From Paraspadella gotoi (lineage: Eukaryota; Animalia; Chaetognatha), in the NCBI GenBank assembly GCA_051294375.1, contig CM119269.1, positions 20,412,371-20,476,370 on the forward strand: a stretch of 64,000 bases of DNA, in the 5' to 3' direction. Each line of letters starts with the position of its first letter. The first letter of the stretch is position 1. The position numbers and the translations under genes are program-made. Positions 1 through 12,695 of the stretch are shown in pieces. Below the pieces are notes generated by a model. It made no database searches. It saw only the letters and a program-made list of their open reading frames with translations, and was not told where the DNA came from.

Positions 1-2630
1 CCCCATTCCAACGTTTCCCCCTCTGGCGGCGCCATTATTCTTTAACTTCAATCCGTCCCCGTCAACGTGGATGGCACCGTAAGTCTCTGTCGGGATGGCA
101 TCATCTGGCGAAGAGCCGGATGATGAAATGACAGCGCCATCTGTGGAGAAAGAGACCAATCTGACCGGAGAGGCTGGAGTTGTGAGAGCAATGGGAATAA
201 TTGCCGCGCTCGGCGTCGGTGAAGCCATTGCGCTCGTTGAAGGTCTTGAGGTCCGAGAGGAAAGGGAACTCCGAGCAGCGCCGGTCGTCGGTCGAGTGAA
301 CTTACCCTTTGCAACCTTGGTTTTGTCAGAGGGCGTCTTCAACAACGGAGTCTTTTTAGTCGTGACTGTCAAAAAAAATTGGTCTCTCTGGTATTACTTG
401 ATGAAGGCCGAATTTTATAAACAAGAAAGCATAAATAAGCAAAAAACTCTGAAAGTAAACAAATTGTCGTAACTCAAACTATATGTGGAATTCGTTTTGT
501 AGTGAGACATCACTGTTAAAGTAAATACCCGCTTAGTTTTAAAGAATCCTAAAACTCATTATGTTTCATCTGGAAAAATAAGGGTAGAAAACATTTGTTT
601 ATTTAAAGAAAAAACTTTCTGGGATAAATATTTCCAAGGCCAAGAAATAAATTATTCTTTATTTATTGATTTTATTATTATCAATTTATCACTATGATTG
701 ATGTTTTCATTATTACTGTTAATTATTTTGTACATATTATAAATATTGATTATCTCTATTAAGTTTCATCTCCAGAATCGTGCTTACACTGTCCATTATA
801 AACCACCCCCATCTTTCACCACCCACCTTCTTCCACCTCCGTCGCGTTTACCACCTCAAAGATCATCTCTACCACCACCTCCACATCCTCCTCCCCCAAC
901 TTGGCGCGAAACTGGAACTCCTCGTCGCGTCGCCGGTAGACGGGGAATCCGCAGAGGAGGCGCGCCGCTTGGAATGTCTCGTCGACGACGACGACGAAGC
1001 GCCGGTCGTTGTTGTTGTTGTCGTCCGTTGCGAGAGAGACGCTCACAACGCCTTGGGAAGAATTTGCGGAGGAATGAAGATTTAATTTATCAATTTTGTG
1101 TTATCTATTAAGGATCGTTTATGGAATAATGAGAGGGACATCTTTTTCATTTTAATGCCTGTCGATGTTAAACGATTTTACCGATTTCACAGATTCAGTA
1201 CAATCATCAATATTCAATAACATACAAAACACAATGCAACTAAGTCTTAAAAAAAAATTGAATAAAAATAAACAATTCTGAATTTTTAAAAAAAAATTAA
1301 ATGTCACTTTTCAACTGAACCTCCTCATGCAAGCATTAGCACCTCCTTACCGTCCCCCTTCACGCCCGTCCACTGCCGCTCCGCCACGCCCCCTCCGAGC
1401 AGCGTCTCGTTGCGTCCGTCCTGCAGCGCCGCCATCAGCGTCGGCGTCAGCGTCGGATTCTCGTGTTCGCATTCTATCTCGACGCCACGATATGGACGCG
1501 CGGGAACGACGACCGGTTGGGGGCGCGGAGGCGACACCGTGAGGAGAAAGTCGAGAGGCTTGCGGGAGGAGACGGAGAACTTGTGGCTTTTTAGGGGGGG
1601 GNNNNNNNNNNNNNNNNNNNNNNNNNAGGGTGGGTATGGGATGTCGAAATGTATTGAGTAGAGGGGAGATTGTAATAACATGAACAGTAAAATAGTCTTA
1701 TCCTAATGATAAAAAACCAAAAAAAATTATCCCATTCCTCCTTTTTTTTTTCGGCCTTGTAGATATTATGAGTTTCTCATTAATGATTTCCTCATTAATG
1801 ATTTCCTAACAGGGAATTTTGTGCAATATCTATTAGAAAACTGGAACAGAAAGTAATCTAACCTCGTGTTGTGTAGATGCACCCGTATATCCAGAAGACA
1901 TCATTAACGTCCCCATCACAAACATATAAATAATATTATACTTAAATATTTATAACAAAAATATTTTTAACAATTAAATAAAATCATAAATAATATTTAT
2001 TTTTAAATCTAAAAAAAAAATAAAGATAGTTCAAGTAATTTTGCAATATTCATATACTTCATAAAATGGATGAAAAAACTATATACAGTTTTTTCCAATG
2101 ACGTAAAAAAATTTATTAGCTCTTGGAGAAAAAGAAAAAAATTACTGAGTTGGTCGAAGCAAAAATAAGGAACGTTTCGGATGGTTATTAAATACAGTAT
2201 TATTACAATATAATAAATACTATAGAGTTTATTATTCAAAATTCATATTTCGCATTATTTTCGAAAGTCACTATGATTCGTTCCCCATATCACTACCTGA
2301 CCCCTCCTTTGCCACTTCCCTCCACATCATCTTCCCTTCCACGAACGTCTCCGCCTCCAGCCTCAACCACACTCGATCTTCCGCCGGGGGCTCCCGCCCG
2401 AAGTCCACGCTCGCCCCGAACGGCAGCCCGCCGCGGTCAGCAGACTAAGGCCGAATACAGCTCCGTAAGTGTGCCTCGGGGGCCACGACGATTTCGCTCT
2501 CTCATCGCAGTCGGTGAGCGTCACGGAGCTGGACGTATCGAGCAGCCAGGTGGGCACCTTTACCCTGGGTCCGCAGGGAATGCGGAGCGCGAAAGGGGGT
2601 CGGAGAGGAAGAGGAAGAGGAGACACGGCG
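1..2630 (-). CDS. Gene A: spliced cell-surface protein (signal peptide, Ig-like domain, S/T/P stalk); runs off window start
   Basis: GC-rich exons ~2297-2630, 1351-1586, 827-1051 and <1-~398 with GT/AG borders; the 1351/1051 junction is phase-consistent (GAC G|gtaagg...aag|GC GTT), the 2297/1586 phase is unresolved. Peptides: APCLLFLFLLRPAFA-LRIPC (from the 4412 ORF copy), PLDFLL...VEIECEHENPTLTPTL, RRFVVVVDETFQAARLLCGF, then S/T/P-rich exon. Indels present. Confidence 0.6.
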
Positions 2631-2754
2631 CTAATGAACAAAGTCGATCGTTGGAAAATATTAAAAGGAATCTTTAATTTCACGGTTTGAAATATTAAAA
2701 AAAATACAGAATTTGGCAAAGCTAATAAATTAGGTTAAAATGACCAAAAAATAT

Positions 2755-2947
2755 GAGGGTGCGTTTTAAGGGCGCCACACCGCAGGCGGTGTCACCTCGT
2801 GCGACAGCGAGACAGTCAGAGCTTTGGGACTGGCAGTAGGCCCATGCCTACAGTGGGTTACCCGGTCATCCCAGTTCTACATTGACAACCTCAGGGCTCG
2901 AACCAGGACGGTGGGATGGTGCATTTGGCCACTGAGCCACTGAGGCG
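2755..2947 (-). mobile_element. tRNA-derived SINE-like element (family 1)
   Basis: Minus strand: A box TGGCTCAGTGG and B box GGTTCGAGCCC, then GC-rich body; only other copy is inside the duplication (~17778-17972). Confidence 0.6.
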
Positions 2948-3023
2948 ATTTGCGAAAGAAACAGCTTTAATCCATCTGATGGTTGATAGGACCACCAGAA
3001 TATAGTTAAAGTAGGACAAACAA

Positions 3024-3073
3024 TAGCTGATGAAGACTCGCAAAATAAAGAAAAAATTCGAAACATTGTCCGC
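3024..3073 (+). ncRNA. Type I hammerhead ribozyme (stem II damaged in this copy)
   Basis: CTGATGA-a-gactc...ttc-GAAAC-att-GTC; the duplicate at 18046 has an intact stem II. Confidence 0.55.
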
Positions 3074-3458
3074 TTCTAACTCTAAAAAAATCATTGTCGA
3101 TAAAAAATAAACTTTGTTTTCTCAAAATTCAAAACCGCAAACGAAATGAAAGTCAAAACTGTGATACTCGATATCGTTTTTGCAAGCTGCAAAAATGTTT
3201 TCTGATTTTATGTTTTGTATAAAAATGGTTTTGAAATGCAATTTTAATCCCGTGGTGGTAAAATTAAAGATTATACGACAATATCACTGTATACTTTTCA
3301 TAAGTAATTAAATTTAGCAAAAAATAATTTAAAAAAATACAAACCTTTCATGGTTGTTTGGGATGTCGGGGGAAAAACAGAAGAGTGTTGAATCGAGAGG
3401 CCAAATGAGATTTGAAAAGGAAATCAAGTGCTTTTATTTCCCCCCCTCTGTCTTTCTG

Positions 3459-3509
<51 letters not shown>

Positions 3510-3894
3510 GAGATAGCCCATATATTAAAATGAGGGATTTAATCATTACATTAATAATCGTCCGTTTTAATCTCATGTACCAATCTCTTCTTTTACTCTT
3601 TAGCCCCCGCCTTTTGTTGAACTTTTAACTATGAACTTTAGACATAAAAAAAATAGATGCGGCAGCGATTACCGGCGTTTCCGACAAAAAAAAACGAGCA
3701 AAAAACAAACAGACATAAAAAGAGTTGAAAGACAGTTAGGGAGAAAAGAATTTAAGTAAGGAAAGACTAAAAGAGACTAGGGCAAATTCCAGCGGCCCAT
3801 TAATTATCATCTTTCCAATTCAAATCTCTCTTAAGCTTATGACCGCCCGAATTGAAAGCGGCTGGGCTTCGGTTTGCCAAGTTATATCTCTCTC

Positions 3895-4782
3895 TTATTT
3901 TTTTTTCGGCCTTGTAGATATTATGAGTTTCTCTTTAATGATTTCCTAACAGGAATTATGTGCAATATCTATTAGAAAACTGGAACAGAAAGTAATCTAA
4001 CCTCGTGTTGTGTAGATGCACCCTGTATATCCAGAAGACATCACTAATGTCCCCATCACAAACAGATAAATAATATTATACTTAAATATTTATAACAAAA
4101 AATATTTTTAACAATTAAATAAAATCATAAATAATATTTATTTTTAAATCTAAAAAAAAAATAAAGATAGTTCAAGTAATTTTGCAATATTCATATACTT
4201 CATAAAATGGATGAAAAAACTATATACAGTTTTTTCCAATGACGTAAAAAAATTTATTAGCTCTTGGAGAAAAAGAAAAAAATTACTGAGTTGGTCGAAG
4301 CAAAAATAAGGAACGTTTCGGATGGTTATTAAATACAGTATTATTACAATATAATAAATACTATAGAGTTTATTATTCAAAATTCATATTTCGCATTATT
4401 TTCGAAAGTCACTATGATTCGTTCCCCATATCACTACCTGACCCCTCCTTTGCCACTTCCCTCCACATCATCTTCCCTTCCACGAACGTCTCCGCCTCCA
4501 GCCTCAACCACACTCGATCTTCCGCCGGGGGCTCCCGCCCGAAGTCCACGCTCGCCCCGAACGGCAGCCCGCCGGCGGTCAGCAGACTAAGGCCGAATAC
4601 AGCTCCGTAAAGGTGTGCCGTGGGGGCCACGACGATTTCGCTCTCATCGCAGTCGGTGAGCGTCACGGAGCTGGACGTATCGAGCAGCCAGGTGGGCACC
4701 TTTACCCTGGGTCCGCAGGGAATGCGGAGCGCGAAAGCGGGTCGGAGGAGGAAGAGGAAGAGGAGACACGGCGCTGAATGAG
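3895..4782 (+). repeat. Third partial copy of ~1740-2636 (contains the gene A exon), ends at an N gap
   Basis: Direct near-identity; identical 76-aa ORFs at 2009 and 4150. Confidence 0.9.
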
Positions 4783-5295
4783 NNNNNNNNNNNNNNNNNN
4801 NNNNNNNCATTGGAAAAGTCCGCCTTTGATTCTCGACCTCATCGTTGGTTTGCAGGTGACAGGTGATCTTTCACATTTCAGTTAATTTTTGATAATTAGA
4901 TAATTTAGTTTTTGATGAATATATTTCCCACTGGTTTGGAAGGTTTTTATTACGTATATTCGCTATTGAAACAATAAATCTTTTATGTTATTGATTCTTA
5001 ATATCATGAAAAAAAAATTCATGCAAAAAGTATTTTCATAGCATTGCATACGATTATTCATAAATAATCGTTATCATAATCATTAGCATATGTATTCTAA
5101 AGAGAGTAACATTAATACATACAGGATTATTTTAAAACTTTGTTGGTGCACTTAAAAGATAAAAAATTGAGAATCAGAGATAAAAGAATTACATACAAAC
5201 AATCTAAGATTTTATTATTTATTTATAATCATTTAAAACTTAATATTAACTATATACTTCACTTCCTCCAAAGCATTAATCAATGGATATCATTT

Positions 5296-7324
5296 TCAAA
5301 ATTTTCTTGAAATTATTTTTTTCCCCTTCGTTTCTTTACGCAAATTAAGACGACGACGACGACTTCCGACGACGAACAAACGACGCCGACGGACGACTAA
5401 AGGCCGGCGCGACGACGCCGAGGTTGTTGGCGATTCCAATCGGCGGCGCCGGCGGGAAGAGACTGAAGGGAGGATGGGGAAGAAAGGAGGGGAGGAAGAG
5501 TGGTCGAATGTGTAGTAGAGGGAGAAGGCCGTGGGAGGATTGATGATGCATAGTGAAGAAGGAAGAGAAAGATGTGGACAGGGAAGAGAGGAGGAAGCAT
5601 CTGACGGCGAAGTCGACGACGGCGTTCATCGGGGGCGTGACTTCGGCATCGTCGATTCTTTGATTAAGGAATTTCGGTCGTTTCATGCGTTGGAGTCAGG
5701 AAAGTTTTGCTTATTTTAGTTCCGGCTTACATTCTTTTTAAGCTCTCAATTTCATGATGGCAAAAAACACTTTATTTATAAGCAATCGCTTGAGTTTATA
5801 AATAAACCAAGAAGAACAAGAAACAAAATACGACTTGAATCCTCGAATATCAACAATTAACGCCAATTGAAAAAAAAATCTAGATTGACAAGCCCCCCGC
5901 CAAAATAAACACAAATAACTGACAATTAAACCACAACGACGGACAATGTTGATAACCTTACCCCGACCCTGACTCCACCTCTTTTCCTTGAGATTTGAAC
6001 TCGGCCAAGAATAAACGAGTCCAAACGTACGCCGGCGTTTGAGCAGCGTCGCCGCCTGGCCCGGCAGAGCGCGGCCCCGATAGAATTTATATCCGCATTC
6101 TAGAGAAGCCAACGAAAAAAAATCTCTGTTCGTTTTGACGACGTAGCGGAAGGGGATCTGGGAGGTCGCGGAAGGAAGGGCCACGCTGGCGAGGCCCTTT
6201 GGGATGAAAAAAAGGGGCGAAAGGGATTAGCGGGAGATTAAGCTCAAGCGGATAACAGATGTTAACAAATTTAAACTGTAATTTTTTTCTTCATTTATTT
6301 TTGCGATAATTTATTGAATAGGTTGATTTTTTTGTTATTGATTGATTGAATATTTATTGATTTGATTTATGCTTTGATTGATTGTGAATAGATTGATTAA
6401 TTGATTGTGATAAATTTATTTGATTTTCATTGATTGATAGATGATGGTATGATTTATTGATAGATGATTTATGTAATTACGGTATTTTTTGTTCTCGATC
6501 TGAACTTTCGTCTCTTTAACAAACGCACAATCTATTATTCAATTTTCATCTTATTTTCGTTACTTTGAATTCCGTTATTTCTATTTCCGATTGCCTGCTC
6601 CTCCTTTCTGTTTTCCTCGGCGCTTCTTTCCCTCCCTCCATCAGTTTCCTCCCTCTTCTTCTCTCAACTCACCTTCAACCGGGCAAAGTCTTCTCTCCAA
6701 GACTTCGGCTTCCCACCGCAAACGCCCTCCACCGCCGTCTCCACCGACGGCCCCACCCACAAACTGGGCACCAAAAATTTGGGTTTTTCCTGTCGACACT
6801 CGACGGCCGCTTGTCCAGCGACATCCACGCCACGCCCATTCTCGGCCTCGCGCCGTGGAAGACGCCGAGAAGAACGTCGATGGGCTCATCGTCTCGATTC
6901 GAGTCCGTTGCATCCGGTGCTGCGCCGGCTCACCCCACCGGGGCCGCTTTTTAGAAAGAAGGCGGCATCGGGAGCTCGGCGCCCGTTTGATGCGGAGCCA
7001 CGCCGGCGGCGCATGGTCGAAGTAGGGCGCCGGAGTCGACGCTCCGAGTGAGTTGACTCAACGAAGAGAGTAGCGGCGTCGAGATGGTAAGGAATTTCGA
7101 CGACGACGCTGGCGTGAGTGCAGCCGTGTGAGTTTAATAGAATACGGGAGATGGTGGCCGATGGTGACGGTGGAGATCGTCGGGAGCATGGGAATGGGGT
7201 TGCATGAAGGGTGGGGTGGTGGGAGAAGGCGGGCAATGAGTTCGTTGTGGGGAGAAGGGGATCGAAGAAGCTAAAGGCAAGAGGAGGGAGAGAATGGAGA
7301 CGATTGGGCGTGGGAGGAAAACAT
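5296..7324 (-). CDS. Gene B: type I membrane protein, paralog of gene A
   Basis: ATG at 7324 followed by signal-like IVSILSLLLPLASS; exons ~6673-7324, 5962-6196, ~5296-5665; phase-0 junction AAG|gtgagt...aag|GGC. Motifs PIDVLL, AVECRQEKPKFLVPSL, FRYVVKTNRDFFSLASLECGY; ends with S/T/P stretch, Val-rich TM and KKRRGKK. Several frameshifts must be assumed. Confidence 0.55.
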
Positions 7325-8035
7325 TTTTTTTTGATTGTTTTTTGTTGTTTATCTTTTTATTTTCGTAAGTTATCTGCAGTTCGACTATTTTGTATTTTTG
7401 GCTTTGTTTTTCGTTTCTTGCAGTTTAATTGGATTTTAATAATTTCGATAATTTAAAATACTGTATGAAAAAAAATTGATAAAGAGCCGACGGTAAACTT
7501 TTAGTTCGATCGATTTCGTCATTTTATATAATTCTATACGGACGGGTTACTCATCGTAAGGATTAAGAATTGATGCTGGCCGGATCGAGTGACGTCTGTT
7601 TCGCATCTGATTTGAGTAGAAGGATTTGCGTGGGCTTTTAGTTTGATGAGCATTAAAAATGTTAGAGGTAAACTAAAACTCTTACTTTGTACCTGAGCAG
7701 CACTAAAACCACGATAAGAAATTAATACTAACAATACTATTGTTAAGAATCTAACTTTAACTAAGCCCCCTTTTGGGTCTTCTCCATGGACTTCCCTTCG
7801 AAATGATTTTTCCATTAAGTTTTTCCGGGTGTGCCGGTTCTCCTAGAATTTTTCCCGTTTGATCAAACTTCTATAGTTTCCATCCGACTGCTGGTTTCCC
7901 CGGATTCAATAGTCGTGCGTAGGACACAGATAATTCAGGAGTGGAGATCGGGATATTTACTTGACTCGCTCTCCTTTTTGGGGCATCGGTCAATCATATT
8001 CTCTCGTTTCTGAACATATGCCGTTATTGATTCGC

Positions 8036-8079
8036 TTGCTGATGAAGACTCGCAAAACATAAAGTCGAAACATGTCCGA
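8036..8079 (+). ncRNA. Type I hammerhead ribozyme
   Basis: ttg-CTGATGA-a-gact/agtc-GAAAC-at-GTC-cga: core plus stems I, II and minimal palindromic stem III. Confidence 0.8.
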
Positions 8080-9317
8080 ATTATAAATTCAATTGTTGTA
8101 ACAACGAAATTTCCTTTTCTCTCTTAAAAATGTTGATCGAGTAAAAAGAAGTTATTTGTAATTTATTTAAAAAATTGATCGAAGATTAATCCTAATTAGA
8201 TATTAGTTATTTGTACCAGTGGAAATACTACCCCTTGGCAGCCTTACGTATTTAATTTTGTTTGGCTTGTTTTAGTACTTTAAGATTAGTTTCGCTTAGC
8301 CTATGAATAAAAGTAAATTTTTTGAAAAAAGAGGCAAATTTTTAAAAATTTTTTAAACTAAAATATATTCTTTGGATAAAATAACAAAATGTATAAAAAA
8401 TCAATATTGATTATAGAATAATGCGTGTCTATTGGTATTTATACATAGGTACTAGAAGCTGTTATTCTTTATGAGTGTAAACGATTTTAGCATTACTGTA
8501 GAAACGAAGGTGAATTTAAAAAATTTAAAATGTAAAAAAAATCTGAAAAGGAGGAATTTGAAATTTGACAACAAATGCAAATGTTTTCGACGATGATCGT
8601 GAAATGGTTCGGCGTTAAAAAAACGGGATACACAAAACGGGGGAAATCCAAATTTTTCTGTACCACAGGGACACCGTTCCTCAAAGATGTGGCTGAGCAC
8701 CCCTTAGGTTGATATCTGTTGCGTCCTGGTCCAAGATTTTAATAGTTTGCGGAAAAATCCTGCTAGTTTTTTTTAAACGTTAATAATGAAACTTTCCCAT
8801 TGACGTCCCGCTTTTTTCAAAAAAATTTGCAATTCAACCGAGTCGACTTTAAAAGCAGACTTTGAAGGTCAAAATATCTAAACCAGAACTCAGAGAATGA
8901 AATCGAAAAAACTAGAAAAAGCGACCTGTCACGTTGACTAGGGAGTGAACACTTTGAATTTGCATGGGGTGAGGGCACTCAAAAAAAAAATTAACGTGAC
9001 TTTGTGTGTTAAGCTACGTTAATATGAATATAACGAATAGTATGTTCCTTAATCTGCTCTTTGAGATATTGTGAAAAGCAAAAAAAAACTTTTTAAAAAA
9101 AAAAACATTCTTATCTCCCAGCTGTATTTCATTTTGTCTTCTTCTCCAATAATTTAGAATTAAGTTTCACATTGTTCAAAACCTTTGCGCTGGAAGAAGG
9201 TTTCGAAATTGTCAAGGAAACCGAAACATTACGAACATTTAATAATCATCCGTGTGTATTAACAAAAAAAATACGAGAACTTAAAGTATAAAATTCAGAA
9301 TGGCCACAAAATAGATA

Positions 9318-12300
9318 CAGTACGGAACAGATGCGTAAGTTCTGTACATGTAATAACTTTTCCTTAATAGGCATAAATGGCTTTAGGATATAGGAAGTTG
9401 GTCTGGATGTCTGGCTATTGCCATTTAGCAATTTTTCAAATAAATAATCCTAAACCTCTTAAAAAATTGGGTCAAAATTTTTTGTTAAAAACTTGCATAG
9501 CTCTAAATATATTTTGAAATTTTTCTTTAAAATTTTGCTAACTTGTATCAAGAGGGTTTGCTAAACTTCTGAGAAATTATTGTTACTTATAAAAAAAAAT
9601 TTTTGCCATTTTTATCAGTGCTGATATTTTTTGATGGGTCTTTTTTCAATGATGCATAACTTCCTTATTTAGTGAATATTATGGTAAATTAGTAATTAAT
9701 GTGGGCCTTGGGTAGTCCTGCATTGCATATAATTTCAGTCATTTTAAAAAAACTTTGGCACAGGCCAAAAATTTTTTTTTACAAAATTCATTGTCAATCC
9801 TGCTAAAAAATATTAATGCAAAATATTTTATTCTTTGCCTATAAATCAGTTAAAACATATTCAAAAATAACCCTTAAAGCAAAAAATTTTTATCAACATT
9901 TTTTAAAAACTCATTTGCATATTGTTGCATTTTATCAATTTTTTTAATTTTTTTTACCGTAAAAGAATCCATTTTTTAAAATTTTTTTGCGTTTGACGAT
10001 AGTATATCATCAAACCTTTACAAATATACCATCAAACCTAATTTTTTATAAATTTTAATATTTTAATATTTTTTAAATATTAATTAAAAATTATAAATTT
10101 TAATTAAAAGCATTCTGCTAACTTTTTCAATGTGGGGCATCATTGAAAAGAGGGCAATCGAGGATTTCTAAATTATATTAATTTTTTACCAAATTTTAAT
10201 GTTCCCAAAGCTGAGATAATTCTTTCAAAGTTGGTCAAAATGAAAAAAAACACTTACTTTTTTTAACCTTTTATAAAAAAAATTGCGGCTATGATAAGCT
10301 TTGTTTCAATACTTGGCAATTAGGTCAAGAATTGTTCATATTTTGTGGTAGTGACATGTCCAGGAATAAAAGAAATATTATAGTTAGATTCCTCAATCAA
10401 TTTTATTAAATTTGGCAGAACATTTTACCTTTTTTTACCAAGTTTTTAGAGTACGCTAAATGTTTCTTGATTACACAAAATAGAAATGAAAAATAAGAAA
10501 TTTTTAGTACCAATAGTTGGTGTATTAGTTTGAAATAGAAGAAAAACCTCGTTTAAAATTTGATCATAGCGAACAGGGGTAACTAAGACTTACCAACTGG
10601 CATCGTCCATGCCAATCGTTCTTTCAAATAATGTTTTATTTAATACATTGAAAGGGAAAAAAAGAAAATTCGGAATGCAAGTGGCATGAAAGTACAAATA
10701 ATCTGAACATTGTGACTTTGGGACAAACATGGACCTTATGTCTTGGGTAATGGGGGCAGTAAATAAACCTAAAAATTTACTCATTTAAGTCAATCAATCA
10801 ACCCTTTTCAAATAGTGTTTTCTGCGAAATTTTTTGGAAAGAAAAAAAATCTTTTTTTAGTGAAGAAAAAAATTTCGCGAACAGTCTATTTGAAAGGTTG
10901 GATTGACTGACTTATGATTGAATTTTTTGGGTTTATTACTGCCCCCATTACCCAGAACATAAAAGGTCTCATGATTATCAAGTCACGATGTCCAGATTTA
11001 TCTGTACCTTTCATGCCACCAGCATTCCGACCTTTTCTTTTTTCCCTTTTCAAATGTAATTAAATTAAAAAAAATTATTTGAAAGACGCATTGGCATGGA
11101 CGATTGCCATTGGTAAGTCTTAGTTACCCCTGTTTCCAGCATCAAATTTTTAAACAAGGTTTTTTTTTCCTTTCTATTCATTTCAAAACATAACACCAAA
11201 CTATTGGCTACTAAAATTTCTTATTTTCCAATTTCTATTTTTGTTGTAATCAGAGAAACATTAGACGTACTCTTAAAAATTTTGGCTAAAAAAAGTAAAA
11301 TGTTCTGCCAATTTAAAATTGATGGCAGGAATCTACTATAAATTTCTTTTATTCCCTGGACATGTCACTACCACAAAATATGAACAATCTTGACCTAATT
11401 GCCAAGTATTGAAACAAAGCTATCATAAGCCGGCATTTTTATAAAAGTTAAAAAAGTAGTGTTTTTTTTTCATTTTTGACACTTTGAAAATGAAATTATC
11501 TTCAGCTTTGGGACATTTAATTTGGTAAAAAAATTATATATTTAGAATCTCAGTTTGCCCTCTTTTCAATGATGCCAACATTTGAAAAAGTTTAGCAGAG
11601 ATGCTTTATTAAATTATAATTTTTAATAATATATTTAAAAATTATTAAAAATATTTAAAATTTATTTAAAATTAGGTTGATGGTATATTTGTAAAGGTTT
11701 TGATAATATACTATCGTCAAACCAAAAAATTTTTAAAAAATGGATTACTTTTAGGTTTAAAAAAAAATTAAAAAATTGATAAATGCAACAATATGCCAAA
11801 TGAGTTTAAAAATGTTGATTAAAATTTTTTGCTTTAGGGTTATTTTGAATATGTTTTAAACTGATTTATAGGCAAAGAATAAAATATTTGCCATTAATAT
11901 TTTTAGCAGGATTGACAATGAATTTTTGTTAAAAAAAATTTTTGGCCTGTGCCAAAAGGTTTTTTTTAAAATGACTGAAAATTTATTATGCAATGCAGGA
12001 CTACCCAAGGCCCATTATACTAAATTTTAAAACCATATATTCACAAATAAAGAAGTTATTGCATTCATTGAAAAAATGATACCCATCAAAAATATCACAC
12101 TGATAAAAATGGGCAAAAATTTTTTTATAGTAACCAATACTTTCTTACAGAAGTTTACAAACCTTTTGCAGTCACAAGTTAGCAAAATTTTAAGAAAAAA
12201 TTTTCAAATATATTAGAGCTATGCAAGTTTTTTAACAAAAAATTTTTTGACCCAAAAAATTTTTTTAAGAGAGTTTAGGATTATTTATTTGAAAAATTGC

Positions 12301-12425
12301 TAAAATGGGCAATAGCCAGACATCCAGAGCAACTTCCTATAAAATTCCCTAAAGCCATTGTATCCTATAAAATGGAAAAGTTATTACATGTACAGACTTA
12401 CGACATTCTTAGGTTTTCGGTACTG
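9318..12425. mobile_element. 3.1-kb foldback (palindromic) non-autonomous DNA transposon with Tc1/mariner-type ends
   Basis: Arms of ~1.5 kb are reverse complements meeting at ~10840-10865; termini CAGTAC...GTACTG flanked by TA (9316-9317 and 12426-12427); no transposase ORF. Confidence 0.85.
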
Positions 12426-12695
12426 TATAAATAAATCATTAATACTCATACTTACGAGAATTTTATTTCATATCTAGAATGATAGAGGAAAACTAATCTA
12501 TGAGATTACTTATTTATTTTCATAGAAATAGGACAAAATTTATTTTCCGTCAAGATACAGAAGAGCAAATATTATGATTAGAACACTCAAAACAGTAATA
12601 CAGTATACAACATTAAAAAAGTCTATAAGAATTATCAATTATTTAAAAAAAAATATTTTTTGATTTTTCATAGGTGTGTGCTAAAAAAAAAGAAG

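Larger units (their letters stand above)
1..3885 (+). repeat. Segmental duplication copy 1 (matches ~15052-19014)
   Basis: Same sequence from ccccattccaacgtttcccc onward at 1 and 15052; differences are mostly 1-bp indels. Confidence 0.95.

Noticed and set aside
95-472. Plus-strand 125-aa ORF and other + ORFs over 746-2690
   Set aside because: Antisense shadows of minus-strand exons that have splice sites and paralog support
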